DNA of 64,000 bases, from the NCBI RefSeq assembly GCF_006345805.1, contig NC_043000.1:162130001-162194000 (forward strand), read 5' to 3'. Source of the DNA: Octopus sinensis (lineage: Eukaryota). The notes under the pieces were generated by a model. That model saw only the letters and a program-made list of their open reading frames with translations, did no database searches and was not told the origin of the DNA. Shown here in pieces: positions 12,101 through 24,005 of the stretch. The stretch's first letter is position 1. Every line of letters starts with the position of its first letter. A program made the position numbers and the translations under genes.

Positions 12101-12285
12101 TGTGACTAAATATCATTCATACATCTATCAAAACATTGTTTATCTTCAAAAATGATTGTTTTTCTGATTCTGAAAAATACCAGATGCAAATATAAATAGA
12201 TTCGTTTCTTGTTTAAGCAGAAGCTGGTGGCTTAGTTCTCAACGGAGACATTACTATAGTCATCTATTTTTTGAAAATCAATATT

Positions 12286-12492
12286 CTTTTCTACTCTAGG
12301 CACCGGGCCCGAAATATGGGGGGGGGGACAGTCGATTAGATTGACCTCAGTACGCAACTGGTATTTAATCGAAGCCCGAAAGAATGAAAAGCAAAGCCGA
12401 CCTCGGTGAAATTTGAACTCACAACATAAAGGCAGACAAAATACTGCTAAGCATTTCGCCCGGCGTGCTAACCACTCTGCCAGCTCGCTGCC
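12286..12492 (-). mobile_element. SINE family A (CTACTCTAGGCAC-tail variant), full length
   Basis: Family A head and core. 19-bp TSD TTTTTTGAAAATCAATATT at 12267-12285 and 12493-12511. Confidence 0.9.
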
Positions 12493-13399
12493 TTTTTTGA
12501 AAATCAATATTAATAAACTGAGAAAATGATTTATAAAGATCGATTCATAAATCATGATGTCTCAAAAGTTACGAGACGAGGAGAATGAGTTTAGGAGATG
12601 TTCCGACGAAATGTTGGTACCTCATAATAGACTGTACCTTTAAGAAATAGATGAAGAATGGATATAAGTTTTTGAGTGTTCTTAAATGGACAAAGCTACT
12701 TTTCTACGACAGAATATTATTCTTAGAAAATGATAAACTTATAGCAAATAAAAAATGTCTAATGCCTAAAGTGATTTTAGTACGAGCATCGATGACAAAA
12801 ACTTTAGCACCACAAAATGTTAATCTGTGCCAGTTAACAGTTTAGAGAGAGCGAGGGAGGAGAGAGATAGGGGTGAGTGTGAGTATGTGTGTAAAAGAGA
12901 TCGCAAAAGGGAAAGAGATATGGGGTCTAAAAGAGAGAGAAAGAATAAAGAGAAAAAAAAACTAGAAATTTCAGTCTATAGTTGAATATGCTGTTACCAA
13001 GTGGAAGTTATCGATTTGCCAGCTGAAAAATTCTTAATTTATCAGTAACAAACTTTTCTAAAAGATTTCTACATCACTTTACTAAATGTCAGAATTTTTT
13101 TTTAATGGGAGGTGGTGGGAGAAGCGAACGGGTTATATACAGCTCGGGTATGTTATGCTATTGAGAATGTTAATATAAAAATAGATTCGGGTATTTTTTC
13201 CATTTCTGGCTAATCAACAAGGGAACTTTTACTCGGTGACTCGGCCTACTAAAAATAGCACACAGATTCCCCCCAAAGAGCATATCTGGTCCAGGATACA
13301 ATATATTTGAATAAAAGATGGGCGAGGGGCTCGAAGCTCAAACAGGCTGACCTAGGGTTAACAATAACTTATTTTATGAGCTTAATGTATCTCGGTGTC

Positions 13400-13975
13400 G
13401 TTCCTCGACCTGTGTAATTAGAGCTCTATTTCCATGAAATTGCACCAAACCATCTTGAAAAAGAAAGAAAGAAAGAACGGTTTTATATAGGGTCGAAAAA
13501 AACCTACGAAGGCCCTGACTGAAATGCCTTTGACCAGATATTTGATCAAATACGGTTTGCTTGTGATTCCCACGTTTTTCCTGTCATTTAGAAATATTTC
13601 ATATCTATAACTACAACGTAAATTCAATATCAAAAATCTGATTAAAAAGTCAAGATACTTCTTATACAGGTTTAGGATTTTCCAATATCGTTGTTTGAAA
13701 CCCATGAAAGATTACCTGCTTTGCTGGATTAAGCGAGGTAACTTAATAATAATTGAGGGTAAATACTTAGATGACAACCCCTTTTTCGATAAACATTCAC
13801 GACATACTCTTGAACAAACTGTGGCTCGCGGGCTTTCCTGAATTTCACAACTAAACGAAAAATTATCTTGAAAATTTTTAGTTGTGTAACCAATTTTCCC
13901 TCTTGTGATTCGATACTGCCCATTATGATAAAACAAAATTTAATTGATAAAGGGCAACAACCCTGAAACATGTCT
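13400..13975 (-). pseudogene. Degraded non-LTR retrotransposon reverse transcriptase fragment
   Basis: FQGCCPLSIKFC resembles the RT motif QG.PLSP.LF, and downstream YKKYLD resembles YKYLG. Broken across frames. Confidence 0.35.
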
Positions 13976-14144
13976 GCAGATGTCTGACTAGCAAGGTGAA
14001 GCGGTTGACCTCCCCTGTTCGAAGGTTGTAATGGACGCAGGTTCCTGTGTCATATAGCTAGCTAGAGGCGATGGCCTCTTGGAGCTAATCAGCGACAGCT
14101 TTAGTCTTATATTTATAGACTGCCATATTAGTATGGCGATAACT

Positions 14145-14392
14145 ATTAAAAGCTTATCTATTATGGCCGTATTCGAAGAAGCAGAGGTCTGTAAAACATT
14201 ATCATGGAAGGAAGAATAGAAGGTAGAAGATCAAGAAGCAGACAAAGAACGCAGTGAATGGACAATATCAAGAGCTGGTTGCACAAGAGTGGCAAGGCAG
14301 CTGGAAAAGTCGTGCTTAATCGGGAAGTCTTTTCGTTGTAATGTCATCAATGCGCTGCAGGCGTACAACGCATGATGACAACGAATGTGGCA
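14145..14392 (+). mobile_element. RTE-clade LINE 3' end, degraded
   Basis: Translates KLIYYGRIRRSRGL*NIIMEGRIEGRRSRSRQRTQ*MDNIKSW, matching the RTE C-terminal motif L.YFGHI.R...LEK.IMEG.IEG.R.RGR.R..W.DNIK.W. Confidence 0.8.
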
Positions 14393-14467
14393 TGCCTGAT
14401 GATGAACCATGCCTCATGCGGCCCGCTTCTCGAAAGATTTTGCTCATGTCTGCACTAGAAATATATT

Positions 14468-14859
14468 CCTTTCTACTCTAGGCACAAGGCCTGAAATTTC
14501 GGGGAAGGTGGCCAGTCGATTAGATCGATCTCAGTACGTAACTTAATTTATCGACCCCGAAAGGATGAAAGGCAAAATCGACCTCGGTGGAATTTGAACT
14601 CAGAACATAAAGACAGACAAAATACCTGTTTCTTTATAACCCACAAGGGGCTAAACACAGAAGGAACAAACAAGGACAGACAAAGGGATTAAGTCGATTA
14701 CATCGACCCCAATGCGTAACTGGTACTTAATTTATCGACCCCGAAAGGATGAAAGGCAAAGTCGACCTCGGCGGAATTTGAACTCAGAAAATAAAGACAG
14801 ACGAAATACCGTTTAGCATTCCACCCGGCGTGCTAACGTTTCTGCCAACTCGCTGCCTT
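14468..14859 (-). mobile_element. Composite SINE family A (SINE within SINE, or dimer)
   Basis: Two family A cores in tandem with junction AAATACC|TGTTTCTTTA at 14626. 17-bp TSD TGCACTAGAAATATATT at 14451-14467 and 14860-14876. Confidence 0.9.
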
Positions 14860-15659
14860 TGCACTAGAAATATATTATGAAGGTGGAAACATTCTGCCCG
14901 TCATGTAAAAATTATAAAGGTGCAAATGTTTAAAACTAAATCTAACGCTACGTGCCAAAACCCCTGGCTTCACCCCAGGCCTCACCCTAGAAGCTTAAAG
15001 AGCATATATTTACTTTTCCTTTTTCATGCTGAGACAACTGATTTCTGCGCAGAGAAGGTAAGTCGTCTATTAACATGTTCTTTACAGCTACTTTTCGAGA
15101 GCAGACACTAAGGAGGTAAGCGCATGGTGTTAAATTTAGCTTTAAACATTTGCAAGCTCATATTATTAATTTTCAGGATTGTGAAGTGTATTTCTGCCTT
15201 GATAATTTGTCGTAAAGATAGATAGAAATTAAACTAATAATATGGTGGTAATCTTCTATGAGTTTATCTTTCTTCAATAACACCACTCAGATCCCCTCCT
15301 GTAGCTTAATTATTATGAATTAGTAAGTAGCAAAAATTATGGTCACAAGTAATTCAAGTGTCCGCTCAAAATAATGTCCAGATTTTACAAAATCTCGAAT
15401 CTTTATTTATTAGAAGTTCGGTCCTGTATAAGCATGGTACAATTCCGAATGACTATAATTCTTAACTTAGACACAGGGCCATACATAGAGTGTAGTCCTT
15501 TGAATCGTCTCCGACATAGCTGAGTGTTTAAGAAATTTACTTTACAAAGTTGTTGCTGGGTTTGATTCCAGGATGCAGCGCACGGGTCTTCTATTACAGC
15601 TTTGTGTTGATCAACTTTTGTGAGTGGAATTAAATGGAAACTGTACGCGGCCCATCGCA

Positions 15660-15861
15660 CGCGGGGATGGTGAGGCTGATCTCCCTTTGCAGGCTAGCAA
15701 GGACACCGTGATGGTGTCGGCTCTTCTGGTGACGTCGATAGTCGCCTGGGGCTAAATGCATCAGTAACACCCCTACCACCCCGCCCTGTCCCTAGCCACA
15801 TTCAGATGGCTGATCCCGCTTATATTATAGAGCAGTTACTGTTTATACCTCGCTCAGAGAT

Positions 15862-15878
<17 letters not shown>
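15660..15878 (+). mobile_element. LINE 3' UTR fragment with (ATT)n tail; second copy at 20019-20165
   Basis: CGCCTGGGGCTAAATGCA..AGTAACACCCC..CCCTGTCCCTAGCCA.ATTCAGATGGCT is shared by both copies. Both end in ATT repeats and are 5'-truncated. Confidence 0.65.
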
Positions 15879-15892
<14 letters not shown>

Positions 15893-15961
15893 TGTGTCGT
15901 AAAATAATTGGAGTTAGCATATATGTGTCTTCGTTTTCGTATTTGAAACAAATCTTGCTTC

Positions 15962-16279
15962 GTCTTCGGAGGGTCATTACGCCCATAATAATGAACACAT
16001 GCACCGTTTCAATTTTACTTCTGTATTGTTAGTAAACCAGTTAAATATCAAACCAACAAACTAATTGATTGCTTGTTTAACATGTTATGGCATGTCACTG
16101 ATAAGGTCAGGATCAGCTTCGATAGGATTTTGACAATCAAACGATTGACTGCTTAACCAACACATTAAACAAACGATCGATTAGTTATTTGGCTAGATAT
16201 TTAACCGATTAACTAAAAAAAGTGATAATTAACCAATGCACACGTTTATTATTACTGGCATAATGATCCTACCAAGACA
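15962..16279. mobile_element. Old palindromic MITE-like element with ~120-bp diverged arms
   Basis: Left arm GTCTTCGGAGGGTCATTACGCCCATAATAATGAAC matches the reverse complement of the right arm, GTCTTGGTAGGATCATTATGCCAGTAATAATAAAC. Inner segments match similarly. Confidence 0.6.
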
Positions 16280-17057
16280 TAACGCATTGTTTTTCTATTA
16301 ATAAACATGACAGACAAATCTTCATGATTGTCTCAAATATTCTTTTCCTGAATATTCAAATATAAATTAAACCTTTGGTTTTCTTTTGAAGCTATACAGA
16401 TATCTTATAGGAGTGGTGGTGATAATATAGGCCCACTGGTAAAAGCGGGTATAGGGACATATCCTTTGGTGGTCTAAAATCATAAAAAGGTTATGAACCC
16501 GACATTGAGAGACGATATAGTCTTCCAGCACTGGAAAATGTAATGTTAAGGATGTGTGTGCGTGAGTGTGTGAGCGTAAGTGTGTGAGCGTAAGTGTGTG
16601 TGCGTGTGACAGAATGTCAAGGATAGGGAAAGATGGGGAAGAGAGAAAGAGCATCATCTTTCAGTACACCGGAAGTTCTACTTATCACGCTTATCATTGA
16701 CGTGTTAACGCCAAAGAAGCTACTGACATGTCGCTGAAGTACTTTAAAAGACCAACCATTGAAAAGGTTGAAAGACGCAACGAACATTTTAGAAAAATAA
16801 AAAAGAAATAAGTGGAAATTTTACTCTGTGTGTATGTGTTAAATTATAAAGCACCAAACGAAAATGACTCTCCCCAGACACAACAGAATATTTATCAACA
16901 TTTAACCGACTAATTAACGAAACAACGAGGAAACCACTATGCACCAAAACCCACTGCTAGTATTAGCACCCAAGTCTTGTTTAAAATTTCACTGCACTGT
17001 CTACAAAATGGACGTGTGTGTGTGTGTAATGTTAGTCTTGAATATATTGGGAGAAGT

Positions 17058-17364
17058 GGAGGCGCAATGGCCCAGTGGTTAGGGCAGCGGACTCGCGGTC
17101 GGAAGATCGCGATTTCGATTCCCATACCGGGCGTTGTGTGTGTTTATTGAGCGAAATCATCTAAAAGCTCCACGAGGCTCCAGCAGGAGGTGGTAGCGAC
17201 CCCAGTTGTATTCTTTTGCCACAACTTTCTCTCACTTTCTCTTCTTGTTTCTTGAGTAACGCTGTGATGGGCTGGCGTCCCGTCCAACTGGGGGGAACAC
17301 ATACGCCACAGAAAACGGGAAACCGGGCCCATGAGCCTGGCTAGGCTTGAAAAGGGCGAAGAAG
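17058..17364 (+). mobile_element. tRNA-derived SINE family C (V-domain-like core)
   Basis: Head GGAGGCGCAATGGCCCAGTGGTTAGG, B-box TTCGATTCCC, core CTG.GATGG.CTGGCGTCCCGTCCA. 14-bp TSD ATATATTGGGAGAA at 17042-17055 and 17365-17378. Confidence 0.9.
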
Positions 17365-17550
17365 ATATATTGGGAGAAAAGCAGGTCACGGCTGAAATGC
17401 TGTCCAATCAAAAAGAATTAGACACAAATGGTCAATCACTTCTCATGGATGAAACCGGAAAACAAAGGATGCTCGAAAATATATTTTATAATTGGGCTCA
17501 GCCGATCTCGTTCACTTTCCCTATTTCCGCGTGGTCATCACCAGAATCTA

Positions 17551-17761
17551 TGAGGGTATGTTGAAAAGTTCATGGCTTTAAAAATGTTAGGAAAGGCCTG
17601 GTTAGAGGCCCACTCTTCCGAGTTCTTTTAGTGGGTTTAGTAAAACTGAAGAACCGCGGCAATAAGTGTGTGAATCTGAGGAGTATGTAAAAAAATCATA
17701 ATTAACCGATTCTCCAGTATATTCTTTTACGTAAAGCCAGAAACTCTTCAGCACCCCATCG
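17551..17761 (+). mobile_element. Mariner-derived MITE
   Basis: TA-flanked TIRs TGAGGGTATGTTGAAAAGTTCATGGCTTT and AAAGCCAGAAACTCTTCAGCACCCCATCG. Internal GLVKLKNRGNKCVNLR.EYV resembles the mariner transposase C-terminus. A degraded copy lies at ~27905-28054. Confidence 0.75.
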
Positions 17762-18436
17762 TATAGGCGTATAAGAATAAAATAATGGACAATAAAACAT
17801 ATGTACACCGTCACGCTGCACCATTTACAACTAATAGTAGCATGTACGCTTCACAAAGCTGGGACGGCACAGACTGTGAGAAATAAACAGATCTATGGGT
17901 TGTACCTATGGGTTCAGTCATCGACTCAGTTACTTGAATTCGACACATCTGACGAACTGACCCCCAAGTAAAAATTACTTGGCTTATTTTTTACAACCAT
18001 CCTTAAAAGTCTTAACTATGATAATAAATGTTGCTTACTCGCAGATCATATATCATTTGAATGACTTCTTTTTGAATAGTCAAGAGTTAAATTCTTCAAT
18101 TGTGTTCTTAAACTTTTGCCACAGTAGAATATGAAGTGAAGATATTTTATTGCTATGACTACCAAATTGAGCGATCATGAAGATACAACCACGTTCGCTT
18201 GACCTTAACTGTTTTGTCGTATGCACAGTAAGAAGGATGTTTAATATTTATTGATACGAATTCTTCTGCAATTCCTAAGAAATCTTTATTACAAGAGCCA
18301 GGTTTCATTTATGCTTCAGCTGTATCAGAACGCATTTTTGGCCGCAAAGAGCTCATACTTGTATTACAGTGTGAGTGTGTGATTTCTTTTTTGCATTTCT
18401 GATTTATATAGATCATTGGCCTTAATAAAATAATTA

Positions 18437-18472
<36 letters not shown>

Positions 18473-19405
18473 ACAATTCTATGTTTTGATATTAAATGAA
18501 ACGATCCGCGCAAATCACTTTGTATAAAAAAAAATAACCCTTTTCCTCTTTTTCATCTCCCCAAACAGCATTTGTTGATATTTCTATTGGTTTGTAATAT
18601 AAAGCCAAGATAAACAAAATAGTAACGCAAAAAAGAGGGCGTAATGGCATTGACAGTAAATATTATTGTTAACTATAACAGAATGTGTGTTGTTTCTAGT
18701 TTCTATCGGCCATTAACTAGCACAGTTGGAATGTTATGACACGAAACAGATTTCGGACAGATTACATCAGTTTATAGGTGATCCTAGGGTGAGATTCACT
18801 CATGAGTCGTGCGTGAGAGAGAGAGAGAGAGAGACATTGCCAGTACTGGGTACGTGCCAGTCACACTTTATTTAGCAGTGGTTATAGAGCGCGTGCACTC
18901 GACATTATCGATGGTTGTTGTGCGTGTAGACTCGCGCCAGACATAAACTGGGTTGTGTGCGTTACCAATGATTGTGTATGTAGTAAAGTTTGCGTATCTA
19001 AGTAAGATACATTAGCAGTGGTTGTTTAATGCTGAGGTACGTTACCAGTAATTGATTATCGTAGTGAGGTACACGTACCCACTGCTCGCGTACCGGTGAT
19101 TTTGTTTTACCTTGGCTACAAGGATGTAATTCACTGATCATCATAATTATGTATGCAATGTCGGATGGGCAATTAACCTTCACCTTCACAGCGTATTTCA
19201 GTTATTGTAATACAGAGAATCCGAAATGATACGCAAGCTGCACTTTAAGGCGGATTAACCAGTTTGTGAGTTCGATTCCTCATCCCCCACCTCCCTAACA
19301 ACTTTCATCAGAAGGATTAGATTATATTAAATGTGACAAATTGGAAAGTAGATTAATAAGAATAATAATTTCTAATTTTGGCACAAGGGCACTAATAAAT
19401 CATTA

Positions 19406-19441
<36 letters not shown>

Positions 19442-19648
19442 GTAGGAGCTAATACCGAAGCAGCCATGTGGTTACTCGGACTGCTTGCAATAGCAACCAA
19501 ATCTCCCTCGAATAAAAAAGAAATGGAATATTGAAACAAAGAGATAGACAAAAAAAAAAGAGAAAAATAGACAGAAAATCTTTCATTATAGGCTTGCTCG
19601 ATCAGTGTTGACCTGAGCACAACAAATCACCACTACACACACACACAC

Positions 19649-19675
<27 letters not shown>

Positions 19676-19679
<4 letters not shown>

Positions 19680-20007
19680 CGTATGTCTCAGTGGTTACAG
19701 CGTTGAGCTTACGATCGTGAGGCTGTGAGCTCGAATCCCGGACCGGGCTGTGTTCTTGAGCAAGACACTTTATTTCACGTAGTTCCAGTTCACTCAGCTG
19801 TAGAAATGAGTTGCGGCGTCACAGGTGCCAAGCTGTATCGGCCCCTTTGCCTTTCCATTGGATAACACTGGTGGTATGGAGAGGGGAGGTCGGTATGCAT
19901 GGGCGACTGCTGGTATTCCATAAACAACTGTGCCCGGACTTATGCCTGGGATGGGATAACTTTCTAGGTGCAATCCCATGGTCTGTGTCCTGACCGAAGG
20001 GGGTCTC
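19676..20007 (+). mobile_element. tRNA-derived SINE family D (CORE-like)
   Basis: tRNA-like head CTCAGTGGTTA...CTCGAATCCCGG followed by CORE-like GTTCTTGAGCAAGACACTTTA...CTCAGCTGTAGAAATGAG and a distinct 3' tail. Confidence 0.75.
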
Positions 20008-20820
20008 GTATATATATATCTGGCGACGTTGATGTTCGCCTGGGGCTAAATGCAACAGTAACACCCCCACCACCCTGCCCTGTCCCTAGCCATATTCAGA
20101 TGGCTTTAGTCCCTTATGTTATGGAGCAGTTACTGTCTATATCTCATTTAGAGAATTATTATTGCTATATATATATATATATATAAAAGCTCGTTGATGA
20201 ACTTTTGCTAACCTTGCCGTAGCAGATAAAGAAATGACTGTTATAACGATAGAAAGTGGTTATGCTGGTGATGATTGGTGTTGGTGATGATGTTTTGCAG
20301 GCGATAGTGCACATCCTAGGCATTTTATTATTTATGTTGTAGAGTAGGAAGCTGACCGAGATTAAGTTTACTTTTTACCGAAAGGAATCAATAGCGGAGG
20401 CTACTGACACTTCGTACTTATGTCTTGTTCCAGTAAAATATTAATTAATAAATAAATGAAAGAAAAAGCGTCTCATCGAGGTCAAAGGCGGTGAATCTGC
20501 TGACTCGTCAAATAGTCGGACAAAAATGCCTTGTGTTGTTCAAATCCTGTTGAGCTTAACTTCAACATTTTATTAATCTGGGTTCGATAAAATAAGGAGC
20601 AATCTAGTACTGGGGTCAATAGTATCGACTAAGGCTAACCTTCCAAACTGTTGGCCTTGTGCCTAAATTTGAAATAATTCTGGGCAGGAATGATTGTGCG
20701 AAAATGGTGGATGGGTAAAAATATGTACGTTGTAGCATTTGTTTGGCCCAAGATCAATCGTGTGTGTGTATGATTGCACCTGCTTGTACGAGTGCGCGCA
20801 CAATGCTGTGTGCAAGCTCC

Positions 20821-21053
20821 TTATTTCTTTACTGCCCGCAAGGGGCTACACACAGAGGGGACAAACAAGGACAGACAAACGGATTAAGTCGATTATATCG
20901 ACCCCAGTGTGTGACTGGTACTTAATTTATCGACCCGAAAGGATGAAAGGCAAAGTCGACCCAGGCGGAATTTGAACTCAGAACGCAGCGGCGGACGAAA
21001 TACCACAAAGCATTTCGCCCGGCGTGCTAACGATTCTGCCAGCTCGCCGCCTT
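20821..21053 (-). mobile_element. SINE family A, full length, young
   Basis: Near-consensus head, core and tail. Flanking direct repeat GCTGTGTGCAA at 20805-20815 and 21057-21067. Confidence 0.9.
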
Positions 21054-21445
21054 TAAGCTGTGTGCAATCTTCTGTTGATGTTCAGTGCGTCGTCTCAGTT
21101 AAAAGCTAACCCACTGGACCTCTGACTAAGAAGAGCACATTCACTTCTTCGTAGAAATCAGAAAACAAAGTATTTGTTGATGCGAGCTTTATGCCATCCA
21201 AATAAACAATAATTCATGGGGTGCACGCAGAAGAACGTGTTCTTCATACGTTTTGGTAGAATCGGACGGGAATATCTGATCGCTGTTGTTTACTTATCAT
21301 AGAAGAACGCCTTCTCCGTTCAGACAATGTGTTCATAACATACGCGATTCACCGATTATACGAGACTTGTATCAAATAACCAGGAACAGTCTTAGGTGGG
21401 TTGATATCAAAAGTGTTATCACTCGTACTTACTAAACTGATTGGT

Positions 21446-21735
21446 GGAGGCACATGGCCTAGTGGTTAGAGCAGCGGACTCGCGGTCGAGGGATCGCGGG
21501 TTCGAATCTCCGGCGATGTGTGTGTGTGTTTATGAGCGAAACACCCAAGCTCCACACGGCTCCCGCAGAAAGTAATGGCGAACTTCTGCTGACTCTTTTG
21601 CCACAACTTTCTCTCACTCTTTCCTCCTGCATCTTGCAGCTCACCTGCGATGGACCGGCGTCCCGTCCAGGTGGGGAACCTATACGCCAAGGAAACCGGG
21701 AAGCCGGCCCTTATGAGCCAGGCATGGCTCGAGAA
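21446..21735 (+). mobile_element. SINE family C
   Basis: GGAGGCACATGGCCTAGTGGTTAGAGC...GGTTCGAATC head and CCTGCGATGGACCGGCGTCCCGTCCAGG V-like core. Same subfamily as 56365-56634. Confidence 0.88.
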
Positions 21736-22208
21736 TATTAATATCAAAACAGCAGACATTGGGCTAATGCGTTTTTTTCACACTGTTCGTATTTCTAATT
21801 GGAAATTTGGGGCTCAGCACTTGAAATACGTTGACACTAACTAAACTATACGTGTGCCGAGTAGTTTTCTGTTGAAATAACCGCTCATTAATAGCCGGAA
21901 CGGTAAGTCCATACCAGCGTGTACCAACATTTGTAGGTTTTCACAGGGAAACATGCATAATTATCTGCAATAATGTTTATATATATATATTTTTTGAAAC
22001 AATATTAATAGCGTTCTGTCTATCGCTATACAAATCCATCATTTTTTGCTAAAATGTCTTATTGACAAGTTTCGTTTTTATCACTTTCCTGAGGAGAAGA
22101 TTGCATTGTTTATACCATTTATTCTTTTGAATAGTATTAGTGGAATTTTCGAAACGTGTGTCGAAAGTAAAAATATTTGATTACACCTGCGTTAACTCCA
22201 TTTTTTTA

Positions 22209-22247
<39 letters not shown>

Positions 22248-22460
22248 CGTGTGTGTGTGTGTGTGTGTACGTACGCATATACGTATATGTAGTTGCGAGC
22301 AGGTAAGTGTGTACATCGATGTGCGCGGATTTGCGTGTGCGTATGTATGGGCGTACGTGTGTGCAGCTGCATGTGCATGCATAGATATGTGTGTATATGG
22401 TTCTTTAGTTTCTTTTCATCATGATATAGAAACTTCACGCGCGCAGCACACACGTTTTTC

Positions 22461-22660
22461 TTCTTATTCTCGTCGTGTATGCGGTAAATCTTTCACAGCT
22501 TTGGATGACATAACGAAAACAGGCAAAAAGAAAAAAAATGCTCTTTTGGTCAGATACATCAGATATCTGACCGAAAAAGCATTTTTTTTTCTTTTTGCCT
22601 GTTTTCGTTATGTCATCCAAAGCTGTGAAAGATTTACCGCATACACGACGAGAATAAGAA
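22461..22660. repeat. Near-perfect 200-bp palindrome (~96-bp arms, 7-nt loop)
   Basis: 22461-22556 is the reverse complement of 22564-22660, with 2 substitutions and one A/T-run indel. Loop is CATCAGA. Confidence 0.95.
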
Positions 22661-22666
22661 AAGCAT

Positions 22667-23061
22667 ATACTCTTTTACTCGTTTCAGTCATTTGACTGCG
22701 GCCATGCTGGAGCACCACCTTTAGTCGAGCAATTCGACCCCGGGATTTATTCTTTGTAAGCCCAGTACTTATTCTATCGGTCTCTTTTGCCGAACCGCTA
22801 AGTAACGGGGACATAAACACACCAACATCGGTTGTCAAGCAATGCTAGAGGGACAAACACAGACACACAAACACACATATATATATATACATATATACGA
22901 CAGGCTTCTTTCAGTTTCCGTCTACCAAATCCACTCAGAAGGCTTTGGTCGGCCCGAGGCTATAGTAGAAGACACTTGCCCAAGGTGCCACGCAGTGGGA
23001 CTGAACCCGGAGCCATGTGGTTGGTAAACAAGCTACTTACCACACAGCCACTCCTGCGCCT
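22667..23061 (-). mobile_element. tRNA-derived SINE family B, full length
   Basis: Minus-strand head AGGCGCAGGAGTGGCTGTGTGGTAAG...GGGTTCAGTCCC, then GGCACCTTGGGCAAGTG, an internal TA/TG run, and 3' CAGCATGGCCGCAGTCAAATGACTGAAAC. Confidence 0.9.
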
Positions 23062-23635
23062 ATGTAAGTAAAGAAATATATATTAGGTATGCATGTGTGG
23101 AAGAGACTAAAAGTATGACTACACATAAGTACCACGGATTCAGTACGAGACGAATCGCAGAAAATATCTTTCCGACTTTGATAACTTCTGTGTTGTGTAA
23201 TGTTAGTCACCAGCAAACTAATTAAAGTTGAAAATTCTCGACGTCTCCAGGTTTAGCAACACGACTCAAGATCAAGTTGAATGATAAGATATAATAATGA
23301 AAAAGTTATTCCTATGACGAAACACTGGGTTTCCAGCATTCACACACAGACGTTCGCACATTGTAATGACTAACAAACTGATTTTGTGTTGCATGATGTA
23401 ATAATTCGTTCTATTGTTCCAGTGTGAATATAATTTAGTTTCATGCATTTATTTAAATATGAAATGTTTAAGTGTAGGAAGGCCTGTGCTGTGTATGTAT
23501 GTGTAGTAAAATCTATGAATCTGAAGTAAAATTTCCTCATTAATAATTTCTATAATATGATCAGATATAGCTACAACCACTGAAAAGTTATGAGGTCAAC
23601 TACTTTGCTAATGTCCATGCACACATTATTGTTAA

Positions 23636-24005
23636 TGTGGCAAGCATGCTAGACAAAATTCTTAGCAGCATTTCGTCCGTCTTTACGTTCTGAGTTCAAA
23701 TACCGACCGAGGTCTACTTTGCTTTTCATCCTTTCAGGGTTGATGAAATCAGTACCACTTGAGCACTGGGGTCGATGTAGTCAACTTAGCCTCTCCCACG
23801 AAATTTCAAGCCTCGTGCCTATAGTAGAAAGGGTTGGCCAAAATCTTTAGCAGCATATCCTCAAGCTCTTAACATTTTTAGTTCAAATTCTGCTTAGGTC
23901 TTTTATGATCTAGGTTTCGATAAAATAAATACCTGTCAAGTACTGGCGTCGATGCCATCGACTCATCCTTTCCTATAATGAGAACCTTATGCCAAACTCT
24001 GAAAC
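23636..24005 (+). mobile_element. Two tandem older SINE family A copies
   Basis: CTGAGTTCAAA...CTTTTCATCCTTTCAGGGTTGATGAAA core at 23690-23750. A second, more degraded copy follows at 23836-24005. Confidence 0.7.

Noticed and set aside
15034-15121. Two micro-exon-like units with GTAAG donors
   Set aside because: The intervening intron would be only 30 nt, and there is no supporting coding context.
17058-17130. tRNA gene candidates at SINE heads
   Set aside because: The A/B boxes continue into SINE bodies with TSDs; no complete cloverleaf.
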